Below are positions 49,151-59,081 of a DNA stretch of 64,000 nucleotides, piece after piece. Numbering within the stretch: the stretch's first letter is position 1; every line of letters starts with the position of its first letter. The DNA comes from Spirochaetota bacterium. Lineage in GTDB: Bacteria > Spirochaetota > UBA4802 > UBA5550. The notes under the pieces were generated by a model that saw nothing but the letters and a program-made list of their open reading frames with translations, was not told the DNA's origin and did no database searches. Made by a program: the position numbers and the translations under genes. The DNA lies in assembly GCA_963664815.2 (NCBI GenBank), contig CAXXHB010000003.1, positions 2,432,001 to 2,496,000 of the forward strand. The letters are read 5' to 3'.

Positions 49151-50287
49151 TTACAATCTTCTTATTATAAATCCCTTTCTTTCAATAATTCCCCCTATTT
49201 CCAATTCCACTATCACTTTATTTACTTCATCCGCAGAAAACCTGTTTCTTCTTATAAATTCATCAATTTCAACAGTACTTTTTTCAAGTTCATCAAGTAT
49301 CTTCTTTTCCACTTTTCCAGTAGTTGTTGCCTGTTGCACTGTTTCTTTTTCAGTATTATTTAACATTTCTGTTTTTTTTGTATCAAGTGTAGTCCCCCTG
49401 TATTTCAGATCAGTTTTAAGTGATCCACAACCTGTTTCAAGTCCGGAAAAAAGATCATTCATATCAGAAAAAATATTCGCGCCCTGCTTTATCAGTTCAT
49501 TACAACCACTATATGTATCATCAAATGCATTGCCGGGACATACGAAAAGCTCTCTGTTCTGCTCAATAGCATGTCCGGCAGTGATCAATGCACCGCTTTT
49601 TGAAGGTGCCTGTATTACTATTACTGCCTCAGACAAGCCGCTTATTATCCTGTTTCTCCTTGCAAATGTCCATTTCTGACCAATACCAATCCCCGGGGGA
49701 TATTCAGAAACTGCCGCTGAAGAGGCAGATTCTTCTATTAATCTGTAAATATCAATATTTTTTGCAGGATATATAAAATCAATTCCACCCGGCAAAACTG
49801 CTATAGTTCCTCCGCCGCACATTAAAGCACCGAGGTGTGCATTCCTGTCTATCCCAATAGCCATACCGCTGACAATCGTATAACCCGCTGCTGATGCTTC
49901 AGATGAAATTTTTTTTGCTATTTTTTCTGATTTTTCATCTGAATTTCTTGTTCCCACTATTGAAATTTTTTTACCTTCGCCAATAGTACCTTTCAGGTAT
50001 AATACCAGTGGAGGATTATGTATCTCTTTAAGTAATAAAGGATAATCGTTATCCCATATAGTTACAATTGTTATTTTTTTTCTTATACATTTTTCAATTA
50101 TCAGATCAGATGTTTTATCCGCATCTTCTGAATATTTTACAGCTATTGTTTCCAGTATATTGCTCTTTTTAATATCTATTTTTTCCAGTATATCACACGG
50201 ATGCAGCGATAAAGAATCCCATAATCCAAGCTTCGATGGAGTTGAAAGTATAGAAAGAATTACAGCAGATTTTAATGTATTATCCAT
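49151..50287 (-). CDS. dprA: DNA-processing protein DprA
   Basis: YPLLLKEI..PP, IVGTR, VSGMAIGID, SEYPPG, FARRNRIISG, SGALITA, C-terminal wHTH. Confidence 0.96.
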   Translation of the reverse strand: MDNTLKSAVILSILSTPSKLGLWDSLSLHPCDILEKIDIKKSNILETIAVKYSEDADKTSDLIIEKCIRKKITIVTIWDNDYPLLLKEIHNPPLVLYLKGTIGEGKKISIVGTRNSDEKSEKIAKKISSEASAAGYTIVSGMAIGIDRNAHLGALMCGGGTIAVLPGGIDFIYPAKNIDIYRLIEESASSAAVSEYPPGIGIGQKWTFARRNRIISGLSEAVIVIQAPSKSGALITAGHAIEQNRELFVCPGNAFDDTYSGCNELIKQGANIFSDMNDLFSGLETGCGSLKTDLKYRGTTLDTKKTEMLNNTEKETVQQATTTGKVEKKILDELEKSTVEIDEFIRRNRFSADEVNKVIVELEIGGIIERKGFIIRRL

Positions 50288-50551
50288 ATGTTACCATTTA
50301 TAATTATTTTATTAAATTTTAATTTATGACTGTCTTGTATTACAACGTTTTATGAATTAAAAATTATAAATAAAATCCGCGGGATTGTAAGTTTTACATG
50401 ATCAATTCGTGAATTACATTTATAAATGAAGCAGGATGTTATACCTCATCACAGCTTATTATATAATGAAAATTTTAACACTGTTTTCTTACAATAAATC
50501 ATGGCATAAATACTGAACCACTATTAAATTAATCTTTTGATTAATATTAAA

Positions 50552-50585
50552 AATAATAAACTCCCCGGACGGGGAGTTTATTATT
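50552..50585 (-). terminator. Rho-independent terminator after acyl-CoA dehydrogenase 2
   Basis: AATAATAAACTCCCC-GGAC-GGGGAGTTTATTATT perfect 15-bp stem. Confidence 0.85.
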
Positions 50586-50608
50586 AATTGACATTCTGAA
50601 TCAATAAA

Positions 50609-52321
50609 TTATGGGTTTTGTCTGTATGCATCCACCAGTGAATAGACTTCCTCTTTTAATACTTTTTCAAATTCATCTTTCATAGGCATCGGTCTTTTAA
50701 TCATCTTAACAATCTTTTCAAGCTGCACATCAGTATTTATCGGTTTGCCATAAAGTTCAACAGCATAGGCTGAGAAATCTCTTACAAAGAGGTCAAACAT
50801 CTGGTTCATAATTTCGCTGCTGACTCCTTCCATTTTTGCGCTTTCTATAATCAGGTGCCCATAAGCAACCATTGTAAAAAGTTCACCAACCGCAAGAAGG
50901 TAATCAAATTCCATCATCTGCTTTGAAAGATCCGTACCGGAAACTATCAGATACTCTTTATACGCCTGGATCTGCTCTTTGAAAATTTTAACATTCGGCA
51001 GATCAAGGCTATCATACGCTTTATTGAAATCATGAAATTTTGTCTTTGCATAAGCTTTTGTCGGACCCTGGTGAAACATGAAATCATCATTTCTGTTGTC
51101 GGTAATTCTTGATACCTCCTCAAATGCAGCAGGCATAAACATATAACTTGGAATAAGTTTGGCGATAAGCGCCATATTAACATGCCTTGTACCTTCAAGT
51201 TTTGGAAACCCGACAAGCTCTGCAACAGCCTGTTCAAAATACATATCCTTCTCAAAGCCTTTTGCGGCTATAATATCAAACAATTGCTCATGAACTTTTT
51301 CACCCTGAATTGCAACCTTCATTTTCATAATTGGATTAAATAAAAGATACCTTTTGTCATTTTCACCTGCAACTCTCATATAATCTGTTGCTCTTAGACC
51401 AAATAGTTTCATTCCCATTATTCTCAACCATGAATCCATAAAGAGTCTTTTCACATGTGCAAATTCAGTAACACTTTTACCATAAAGATTTCTGTAGAAT
51501 GCATGGTTGATCGCTTCATAAAATGAATGAGTAACTATACCCGTAGCTCCCGATCCAATATTAAACTTGCAGATATTTATTGTATTAAGCATGTCGTCCC
51601 ATGCCTTAGGACCTCTTGTAAGTATATCTGCATCAGTAATCGGATAATCGTGAAGTGCAAATTCAGCAACAAACTGCTGATTGGAATCTACAACATTTTT
51701 AACACATTCATAATTGGGGTGTGCTGAATCAACAACAAAGAATACATATTCATCAGTATCGGCCATCTTTGCAAACACTGTAACTGTACTTGCCACATTG
51801 CCATTTCCTATATAATATTTACTTCCATTAGCAAGGTAAGTACCGTCACCTTTCGGATACAGCTTCATTTCAGACGAATAAATATCAGCACCATGCTCCT
51901 TCTCTGACAGTCCAAAAGCACACAATGCATTAGTTTTCATCTTATGAATTGCCTTATGCTTTGCCTCTTCATTATCTCCAAGTAAAACCGGGTCAAGTCC
52001 CAGTGTTGATACATGATATGTATACCAATATGCAGCGCCATAAAATCCGCATATTTCAGAAAATTCATACATCCTGTAAGTGCTGTAATACTGGTTTGGA
52101 TCTGAACCATATCCCTTCGGCAGAAATAATGTTTCAAATATTCTCTCTTCGGTTACAAACCGCTGAAAGTCTTCACAGAACTCTTTCCTGTGATACTGTT
52201 CTTTCTGTTTTGAAAGACCCTTCTCTTCGAACCATGCAATTGTTTTAAGCATAATCTCTTTTGATCTTTCATCCGGATAATTTCTGTCTTTGTACTTTTT
52301 AGGATTAAGTAATAGACTCAT
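50609..52321 (-). CDS. Acyl-CoA dehydrogenase
   Basis: AFGLSEKEHGAD, GSKYYIGNGN, AAKGFE, catalytic PKLEGT. Confidence 0.92.
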   Translation of the reverse strand: MSLLLNPKKYKDRNYPDERSKEIMLKTIAWFEEKGLSKQKEQYHRKEFCEDFQRFVTEERIFETLFLPKGYGSDPNQYYSTYRMYEFSEICGFYGAAYWYTYHVSTLGLDPVLLGDNEEAKHKAIHKMKTNALCAFGLSEKEHGADIYSSEMKLYPKGDGTYLANGSKYYIGNGNVASTVTVFAKMADTDEYVFFVVDSAHPNYECVKNVVDSNQQFVAEFALHDYPITDADILTRGPKAWDDMLNTINICKFNIGSGATGIVTHSFYEAINHAFYRNLYGKSVTEFAHVKRLFMDSWLRIMGMKLFGLRATDYMRVAGENDKRYLLFNPIMKMKVAIQGEKVHEQLFDIIAAKGFEKDMYFEQAVAELVGFPKLEGTRHVNMALIAKLIPSYMFMPAAFEEVSRITDNRNDDFMFHQGPTKAYAKTKFHDFNKAYDSLDLPNVKIFKEQIQAYKEYLIVSGTDLSKQMMEFDYLLAVGELFTMVAYGHLIIESAKMEGVSSEIMNQMFDLFVRDFSAYAVELYGKPINTDVQLEKIVKMIKRPMPMKDEFEKVLKEEVYSLVDAYRQNP

Positions 52322-52526
52322 AATTTTCTCCTTTTCATTTTAATAAAAATGAATCATCTATTTAACTATTTTTTATTCAATTGCAGCAATAATTCCTTAA
52401 CATATGTTTTAGTGTAAAATAAACGATTATATCTCTCAACCGCCTTTGGCGCCGGAGAGATTGAAGTATTTTATGTTATAAAAAATTAAGGAATAATTAT
52501 TGATTCAACTGGCACATTATATTATA

Positions 52527-52555
52527 AACATTGTTATCAAAATGATAACAATGTT
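52527..52555. promoter_or_regulatory. Perfect 13-bp inverted repeat, probable operator upstream of acyl-CoA dehydrogenase 2
   Basis: AACATTGTTATCA-AAA-TGATAACAATGTT; minus-strand TTGACA at 52567-52562 immediately upstream. Confidence 0.65.
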
Positions 52556-52712
52556 CTCTTATGTCAACAGAATTTACTTTTTAATTCGTACATTTCTAAT
52601 AAAAAACACTGATTCATCAATTATATAAATAAGCGGAAAATGCAATTATTGAAATATTGTAATCTGTATTTAAGATACACTGTTACGGAAAAATTAAAAA
52701 TTTATTATACTA

Positions 52713-52750
52713 AAAAAAAGCCGCAGAAGTATTATATCTGCGGCTTTTTT
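52713..52750 (-). terminator. Rho-independent terminator after acyl-CoA dehydrogenase 1
   Basis: AAAAAAGCCGCAGA-N9-TCTGCGGCTTTTTT. Confidence 0.85.
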
Positions 52751-52777
52751 ATCTTTTTTTAAACTTTAAATTCAGAA

Positions 52778-54475
52778 TCAGTCATTCATCTTATATTCAC
52801 CTTTCAGCGAATAAACATATTTTTCCCATACTCTCTTGAATTTTTCAATATCTGCAACCGGATTTTTTATCATTTTTATGCAGTATTCAAGCTGTTTGGC
52901 AGTGTTGCTCTTTTTCTGATAAAGCTGTACGGCATATTTGGAAAAATCCCTAACAAGAACATCAAAAATCATATCGAGAATATCGTCATCAACATTATAG
53001 ATTTTAGCATTTTCAATTATAAGCTGGCCGTAAGCAACGACAGTCATCAACTCACCCATGGCTAGCAGATAATCTATATCATTGTTCTGTTCTTTAGTTG
53101 GTGTTGCATTAGAAAGGAACTCTTTAAATACTGTAATCTGTTCCTTTATAATTTTTATGTTAGGCAGATCCTTACTGTTATAAGCAATATTATAATCATG
53201 AAACTGAATTTTTGAAAGCCCGCTGGTTGGGCCCTGATCCATAAGAAATGAATCATTTCGTGCGTCGTCAACCTGAGGAATTTCAGGGAATGATCCCGGA
53301 TTGAAGAAATAGTTTGTAATAAATTTAACCACAAGCGCCATATTGACATGAACTGTTCCTTCAAGCTTGGGAAACATTCTTATTTCGGTTGTTGCCATTT
53401 CAAAATACGGCTCTTTCTCAAAACCTTTAGCAGCAATAACATCCCATAACAGATTAATAACCTCTTCACCCTCTCTTGTTACCTTCATCTTGCATAATGG
53501 ATCGTATAGTAAATATCTTCTGTCCTGTGCAGATGCCGTACGCATATAATCCACAGCTCTAAGGTTAAAGAGTTTCATCGCGCAGATTCTGAGATATGCG
53601 TCAGTAAAAAGCTGTTTTACATGAGGGAAGTCTGTGACATACTTGCCATAGAGATTTCTGTTAGCTGCATGATCAATTGCTTCATATAATGCATGTGTAG
53701 CAATACCCACAGCTCCAGGTCCAAGGTTGAACTTACATACATTGACCGTGTTAAGCATATTATCCCAGGCTTTCGGCCCTTTTTCAGTAATATCAGCTTC
53801 TGTGATCGGGTAGTCATGAACCGCATACTCTGAAACATAGTTCTGGTGGGCCACAGTATTTTTAATACACTCATAATTCGGATGTTTGGAATCAACGCAG
53901 AAAAATACATAATCATTCGTATCAGCAATCTTTGAAAATGTGGAAATCATTGCTGCTTCATTTCCATTCCCTATATAATATTTATCACCATTAGCAGAAT
54001 AAGTACCATTGTCCTTTGGATATAGCATCATATCGCTTGAATAGATATCAGCACCATGCTCTTTCTCCGAAAGTCCGAAAGCAAAAACCTCGCCCTGTTC
54101 AACAAGACTGGCGGCTTTATGCTTGGCCTCTTCATTACTGCCCATCCAGACAGGGCATATACCGAGCTGAGAAACATCCCATACATACCAGTATGCAATT
54201 CCGTAAAATCCCATGAGTTCGGCCCAATGATAAATTCTGTAGGTATCCCACCTGCTGTCAGAAGAACCGTATCCGGCAGGAGTCAGTAATTTCGCAAAAA
54301 TCTTATGTTTTTTCTGGAAATCAACAAAATCTTTCGGCCATACTCTTTCATGATAATCGTCCTTAATTTTTTTAAGACCTTTTTTTTCAAAAAACTCAAT
54401 CGTTTTGAGCATCATTTCCTGTGACTCTTTATCTGGAAATTTTACATCGTACTTTTTCGGATTTAATAAGATCAT
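52778..54475 (-). CDS. Acyl-CoA dehydrogenase (tandem paralogue)
   Basis: AFGLSEKEHGAD, GDKYYIGNGN, AAKGFE, PKLEGT; colinear with 50609-52321. Confidence 0.92.
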   Translation of the reverse strand: MILLNPKKYDVKFPDKESQEMMLKTIEFFEKKGLKKIKDDYHERVWPKDFVDFQKKHKIFAKLLTPAGYGSSDSRWDTYRIYHWAELMGFYGIAYWYVWDVSQLGICPVWMGSNEEAKHKAASLVEQGEVFAFGLSEKEHGADIYSSDMMLYPKDNGTYSANGDKYYIGNGNEAAMISTFSKIADTNDYVFFCVDSKHPNYECIKNTVAHQNYVSEYAVHDYPITEADITEKGPKAWDNMLNTVNVCKFNLGPGAVGIATHALYEAIDHAANRNLYGKYVTDFPHVKQLFTDAYLRICAMKLFNLRAVDYMRTASAQDRRYLLYDPLCKMKVTREGEEVINLLWDVIAAKGFEKEPYFEMATTEIRMFPKLEGTVHVNMALVVKFITNYFFNPGSFPEIPQVDDARNDSFLMDQGPTSGLSKIQFHDYNIAYNSKDLPNIKIIKEQITVFKEFLSNATPTKEQNNDIDYLLAMGELMTVVAYGQLIIENAKIYNVDDDILDMIFDVLVRDFSKYAVQLYQKKSNTAKQLEYCIKMIKNPVADIEKFKRVWEKYVYSLKGEYKMND

Positions 54476-54786
54476 CAGTGCACCTCTTTTTTTATTTATT
54501 CAATCAGAGCCAATCAATATTTAAAATTATAATTTCTTTGTCTTAGTATAAAAACTGTTAAAGATTCAAATTTATACTACTTAAATTCTTGATCACTCAG
54601 TTAAATTTAACAATATACATTATCTTCTGTCAATATAATTGTTCATATACCTGGTAAATGAATTGCCGGTATAGTGTTAACACAGCTTCTGATAATATTA
54701 TCAGAATAAGAAATTGAATTTTATCTGGACAACTGTTTAATTTGAATTCATATGGCTCACAAAAATAGTTTAACCGGAGCAATCGG

Positions 54787-55944
54787 GTGAAAAAACAGGC
54801 TTCAGAAGTTACCATACATGAACTTAGTGAAATAATAGAAAAATATATTACCGGCGGGGAAAATCTCAACTATGCAATTAAAATACTCGGACATCCGGGC
54901 GTTGGGAAATCAGCACTTGTTAAAGAAATTGCTGATAAAATAAACTATTATTTTATTGATACACGGCTTGCATTCAAAGAGAATGTTGATCTTGGTGGAT
55001 ACCCTGTCCCGGATCATAACAGCAGGGAAATGGTATATTTCCGTCCTAAATTTATACCACCATTACATATTCCTGAAGGATATAAGGGTATACTCTGGTT
55101 CCTGGATGAATCCAACAGAGCACATCCTACAGTAATACAGACACTGTTTCAGATAATTACAGAGAATAAATGCGGCGAGCACCCGCTTCATAAAAAAACA
55201 TCGATAATCCTTGCCGGTAATCTTGGTGAACTTGACGATACAACAATCACACAATTTGATGATTCTGCACTTGACGGCAGACTAGCTATTTTTCATTTAA
55301 AGCCAACTGCCAAAGACTGGCTTTCATGGGGATACAACGAAGGTATTCATCCTTACATTATTAAATATATATCTTCGTTTCCCGAACAGTTATGGGATGA
55401 AGAACGGATAATCCCGAATCCCCGTGGATGGCACCAGATATCAAACACACTCAAATATTCATTCAGCATCCCGGATGGACAGTCCCTGATTGATTATTTC
55501 AAATACAACTCAGACAGTACTCTTGAAAAGGTTATATATTCTCTTGTAGGTAACATTGCCGGTTCTGATTTCATAATGCAGCTCACTGCACCGAGAACGA
55601 TAACAACCGAAGAGATTCTTTCAGGAAACAGGAATATACTGGAAAAGGTCAAATCCCGCGAAATCCCATTGGAAGATTTTTTATGGGCATTGAATGGAAC
55701 CATTGAAATCATCAAAGAGAAGGCCATAGCATCCAGCGGTAATCTTAACAAAGAAGATCTGATTCTTCTCTCTAATATTCTTACCTTTATCGGGTTTTCA
55801 AGGGGTGATATCAGAATGTCCTATTTCTTTATGCTCCTCAAACATTGTGGTATTTTTACTCTCATCCCTGATGCGATTAAATTACTCAACGACCCTGAAT
55901 TAACAGATGAACTCCGCCACAAATTCGAAAATATCTTTAACTGA
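54787..55944 (+). CDS. MoxR-like/AAA_5 AAA+ ATPase
   Basis: GTG start with GGAG SD; Walker A GHPGVGKS, DLGGYP, Walker B LWFLDESNRA, AGN, ALDGR, PNPRGW. Confidence 0.88.
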   Translation: MKKQASEVTIHELSEIIEKYITGGENLNYAIKILGHPGVGKSALVKEIADKINYYFIDTRLAFKENVDLGGYPVPDHNSREMVYFRPKFIPPLHIPEGYKGILWFLDESNRAHPTVIQTLFQIITENKCGEHPLHKKTSIILAGNLGELDDTTITQFDDSALDGRLAIFHLKPTAKDWLSWGYNEGIHPYIIKYISSFPEQLWDEERIIPNPRGWHQISNTLKYSFSIPDGQSLIDYFKYNSDSTLEKVIYSLVGNIAGSDFIMQLTAPRTITTEEILSGNRNILEKVKSREIPLEDFLWALNGTIEIIKEKAIASSGNLNKEDLILLSNILTFIGFSRGDIRMSYFFMLLKHCGIFTLIPDAIKLLNDPELTDELRHKFENIFN

Positions 55945-55959
55945 CTGCAGCATTTTACT

Positions 55960-57396
55960 ATGAAACTTGAATCTATCATCGAGAGTCTGTGGAGAAAAAG
56001 CCGGTTTACATCATATTTTTACCAGGGCGTTGATCTTATTGAAGAAAACTCCATACCAACACTTGCGCTCGCACTTTACTCATCAAGACTGGCACTGTTT
56101 TATAATCAAAAATTTATCTTATCACTTAATGATGATGAAATTACCGGTCTTTTTGTGCATGAGATGATGCATATAATACTAAACCATGATCATCGTGAAT
56201 TTCCGGATGGAGATATTTTCCTTCAGAACCTTGCACAGGATATGGTAATTAATTCATATATCACAGAAAACAGGAAAACATTCTTTTCTAAAACCAACCA
56301 GTACCTTCAGGATATTCCTGATCTGATACTCCCTTCAGGACTCCCATGCATACCTGAAATATTTTTTACTGATACATCAATCAGTGATCCCGTATGGGAG
56401 GATATCTACAGATGGCTGAAACACCGCCCGGAAGATGAAATTAAAAATTATAAAATCAATAGTACCATTGAAAAGAATTATGATATAAAGATCCCTGTAA
56501 AATCAGGCATTGAGCAGATGAAAGAAGATCTTGATAACCTCGATTTCACATTCAACACTGCTCCGCAGGAACAGTATGCCTCCTTCAGAGATATGACTGC
56601 TTTGATGTTCCAGAAAAATGATTCAGAACATATTCCTACAGGGATTCATGTTATGAATAAAAAAAAAGACATGAATATTATGGACTCTAAACTTGATCAT
56701 TTTATTACAGTTGCCGAAAAAGATGAACAATGTCTCAGCGAGAGGCCTTTCAAAGATATTGCTTCAATCATAAAAAATACACAGAAGAGTGATTTATCAT
56801 GGATCAGGAAAATAAAAAGCATTGTTGACATTACCTCTCAGTCAAATGAATGGGAATATTCATATCACAGGTTTAATAAACGGTATTTCACAGAGGGAAT
56901 ATATTCCCCCGGCAGATCATTTAAAGATAAAGCTGCAGTTACAATCGCAGTTGATGTTTCAGGATCTATGGTTATGAAACCGGGAGATATTGAAGCAGCA
57001 TTTGGAATAATTGAGGAGCTTCTTGTAAAATTTAAAATATATCTTTTATGCATCGATGAAAATCTCTTTATACCTGAAAAAAAAGATAACAAATTCGTAA
57101 AATCAGATAATAATAAACCATATGAATATAATAAAGGTGACTGGAAATTTATCAAAACTGGAAACAGTGGTACAACATACTTTGCTCCTCTTTTCAACAC
57201 TTATATGAAAAACCACACGGAACTTCTTATTGTTATAACAGACGGTTATATTTATGACATAGAACGGCTGAAAAGCTATGACAACACACTATGGCTTATC
57301 AGCGAAAGCCGCGAAGGTCTATTTACACCTCCATTCGGAAAATGTATAAAGATATCATCAGCAAACTTTGAAAAACGTTTTAAAATAACCGGATAA
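55960..57396 (+). CDS. DUF2201-type HEXXH metallopeptidase-like + vWA domain protein
   Basis: VHEMMH, NLAQDMVINSYI; C-terminal MIDAS AVDVSGS, SGTTY, VITDG. Confidence 0.85.
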   Translation: MKLESIIESLWRKSRFTSYFYQGVDLIEENSIPTLALALYSSRLALFYNQKFILSLNDDEITGLFVHEMMHIILNHDHREFPDGDIFLQNLAQDMVINSYITENRKTFFSKTNQYLQDIPDLILPSGLPCIPEIFFTDTSISDPVWEDIYRWLKHRPEDEIKNYKINSTIEKNYDIKIPVKSGIEQMKEDLDNLDFTFNTAPQEQYASFRDMTALMFQKNDSEHIPTGIHVMNKKKDMNIMDSKLDHFITVAEKDEQCLSERPFKDIASIIKNTQKSDLSWIRKIKSIVDITSQSNEWEYSYHRFNKRYFTEGIYSPGRSFKDKAAVTIAVDVSGSMVMKPGDIEAAFGIIEELLVKFKIYLLCIDENLFIPEKKDNKFVKSDNNKPYEYNKGDWKFIKTGNSGTTYFAPLFNTYMKNHTELLIVITDGYIYDIERLKSYDNTLWLISESREGLFTPPFGKCIKISSANFEKRFKITG

Positions 57397-57400
57397 TTTT

Positions 57401-58096
57401 ATGATAATCCTAAATGATAGCATTAATTCATTATACCTCGATGGAATAAAAAATCAGAATATTATTACAGATGAAAATATTAACGATATACTGGATTCCG
57501 GAAATCCTGAAATTATTTATCTTTGTGGAAAAGACTGGCAGAGATTCAACTACGATAAAGGGCTGAGTAAACTTGTTGCATCGGGTAAAACTGAATATGT
57601 TCATAAGGCTGGTATTTTCTGGCCCTCATTTGATTTTGATAAAGGACAGACATTTCTTATTCAACAGAGAAACAGTGAGTACCTCTACCGTGCCGGTAGA
57701 TTCTGGAAAGGTTACGATTACGATAAAGGGTTGAATGCTCTTGGTAAACTTAAAGATGCACGCTATATATATTATGCCGGAAAAGAATGGAAAACTTTCA
57801 ATTTTGAACAGGGTTTCAATTATCTGATGGATACAGGAAGTGCAGAATATATTTTTTATGCCGGTGCACACTGGCGTATATTCGATTTTAAAACCGGGAT
57901 GAGTTGCTTATTAAGAACCGTAAGTCCGGAATTTATCTATAAAGCTGGTACAATGTGGCGGGAATTTGATTATCTGTCAGCACTCAAAATTCTTGAATCT
58001 GAAGTTACAGCAGGTGAATTATGGAGAGGAAGATTGTTCGAAAATAAAAAATGGAAGGAAGCATTAAAACTTATATGGGATAATGCATGGGATTGA
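57401..58096 (+). CDS. Hypothetical protein built of six tandem 28-aa repeats
   Basis: Repeats with consensus xGxxEYIYxAGxxWxxFDFDKGxxxLxx spanning aa 33-200; starts 4 nt after the vWA gene. Confidence 0.85.
   Translation: MIILNDSINSLYLDGIKNQNIITDENINDILDSGNPEIIYLCGKDWQRFNYDKGLSKLVASGKTEYVHKAGIFWPSFDFDKGQTFLIQQRNSEYLYRAGRFWKGYDYDKGLNALGKLKDARYIYYAGKEWKTFNFEQGFNYLMDTGSAEYIFYAGAHWRIFDFKTGMSCLLRTVSPEFIYKAGTMWREFDYLSALKILESEVTAGELWRGRLFENKKWKEALKLIWDNAWD
57497..58000 (+). repeat. Six 84-nt coding repeats (28 aa each)
   Basis: SGNPEIIYLCGKDWQRFNYDKGLSKLVA / SGKTEYVHKAGIFWPSFDFDKGQTFLIQ / QRNSEYLYRAGRFWKGYDYDKGLNALGK / LKDARYIYYAGKEWKTFNFEQGFNYLMD / TGSAEYIFYAGAHWRIFDFKTGMSCLLR / TVSPEFIYKAGTMWREFDYLSALKILES. 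Confidence 0.9.
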
Positions 58097-58140
58097 TTTT
58101 AACAATCCCATGCTCATAGCGGTTTAAACCACTATGAGCA
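58086..58140. terminator. Two adjacent hairpins between convergent genes
   Basis: CATGGGATTG...CAATCCCATG (58086-58112) and TGCTCATAGCGGTTT/AAACCACTATGAGCA (58111-58140). Confidence 0.65.
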
Positions 58141-58151
58141 AAAGGTACTTT

Positions 58152-59081
58152 CTATTCGTTCTTTAAATCCGCTTTGAATTTTTTAATTTCAGGTTTCATC
58201 CCGCTGACATCAGGTTTCTGAAAATTGCTTACTGCATCTTTGTTTGCATTTTTAGTTTCGTTCATATTCCCCTTTATTTCATCAGCTTTAATTTTAGTAG
58301 CATCTTTTACAGCTTCAACCATAGCTTTATCAGAAGATTTCTGATTCTCGACCATAGCTTTATTAGCATCTTTCTGCTCAACTACCTTGCCTCTTATCTC
58401 CTCCCTCTGTTCTTCAAACTTCCGTTTTATATCTTCCCTGAGTTCTTTAATCTCTTCTTTCATTTTTCTGATATTTTCAAGATTCTGCTGCTTCAGCTCA
58501 TTAACTGAAACAGGCTTACCCTTCTCAACGTTAGCTTCTTTCCCGGCTTCCACCTCAACAAACGAAGAATCATCGCTTGCTGTTTCCTTTACTGCCACTT
58601 TCCCTTCTATACATGCAATGTTACTCTTACCTTCGCTTTCACTTACAAGAAACTCTGTTCCACGAACACCGGCAACAGCAGTCGGAGTATTCACCCTGAA
58701 TTTTTCACCATCAACCAGTTTTCTCGTAACCTTTGAAAAAACCTTCCCGTCCTCAACATATATCTCAGTAGATTCCTTCTTTTCTGTAATATTTTTTGCG
58801 AGTTCTTTCATAATTACAGAACTTTTTTCCATTATCCTTATGACACTTCCTTCAAAATATATGTCAACTATAGCCTTTGCACCTGTTTTAACAACCATTC
58901 CCTCGGTTATTTTGTCACCAACATTCGCAGCGACTGTCTTCCCCTCTGCCACAAGTTTAACATCACCTGTAACAAAATTTATTAAACCATCATTCTTTAC
59001 AATTGATGGTCCCTCTTTTTTACAGCTTGTAAATTGTACTGTTAATAATGCTATGATTATTAAAAAAAATATTTTTTTCAT
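58152..59081 (-). CDS. FecR-domain lipoprotein (LipL45-like) with C-terminal coiled coil
   Basis: Start 59081 (GGAGGA SD); lipobox QFTS-C; FRVNTPTAVAGVRGTEF, IACIEGKV; K/E-rich tail. Confidence 0.85.
   Translation of the reverse strand: MKKIFFLIIIALLTVQFTSCKKEGPSIVKNDGLINFVTGDVKLVAEGKTVAANVGDKITEGMVVKTGAKAIVDIYFEGSVIRIMEKSSVIMKELAKNITEKKESTEIYVEDGKVFSKVTRKLVDGEKFRVNTPTAVAGVRGTEFLVSESEGKSNIACIEGKVAVKETASDDSSFVEVEAGKEANVEKGKPVSVNELKQQNLENIRKMKEEIKELREDIKRKFEEQREEIRGKVVEQKDANKAMVENQKSSDKAMVEAVKDATKIKADEIKGNMNETKNANKDAVSNFQKPDVSGMKPEIKKFKADLKNE

Noticed and set aside
57497-58000. 84-nt periodicity as a CRISPR array or DGR template/variable repeat
   Set aside because: Similarity is at the protein level with diverged codons; no identical DNA repeats, cas genes or reverse transcriptase are present.
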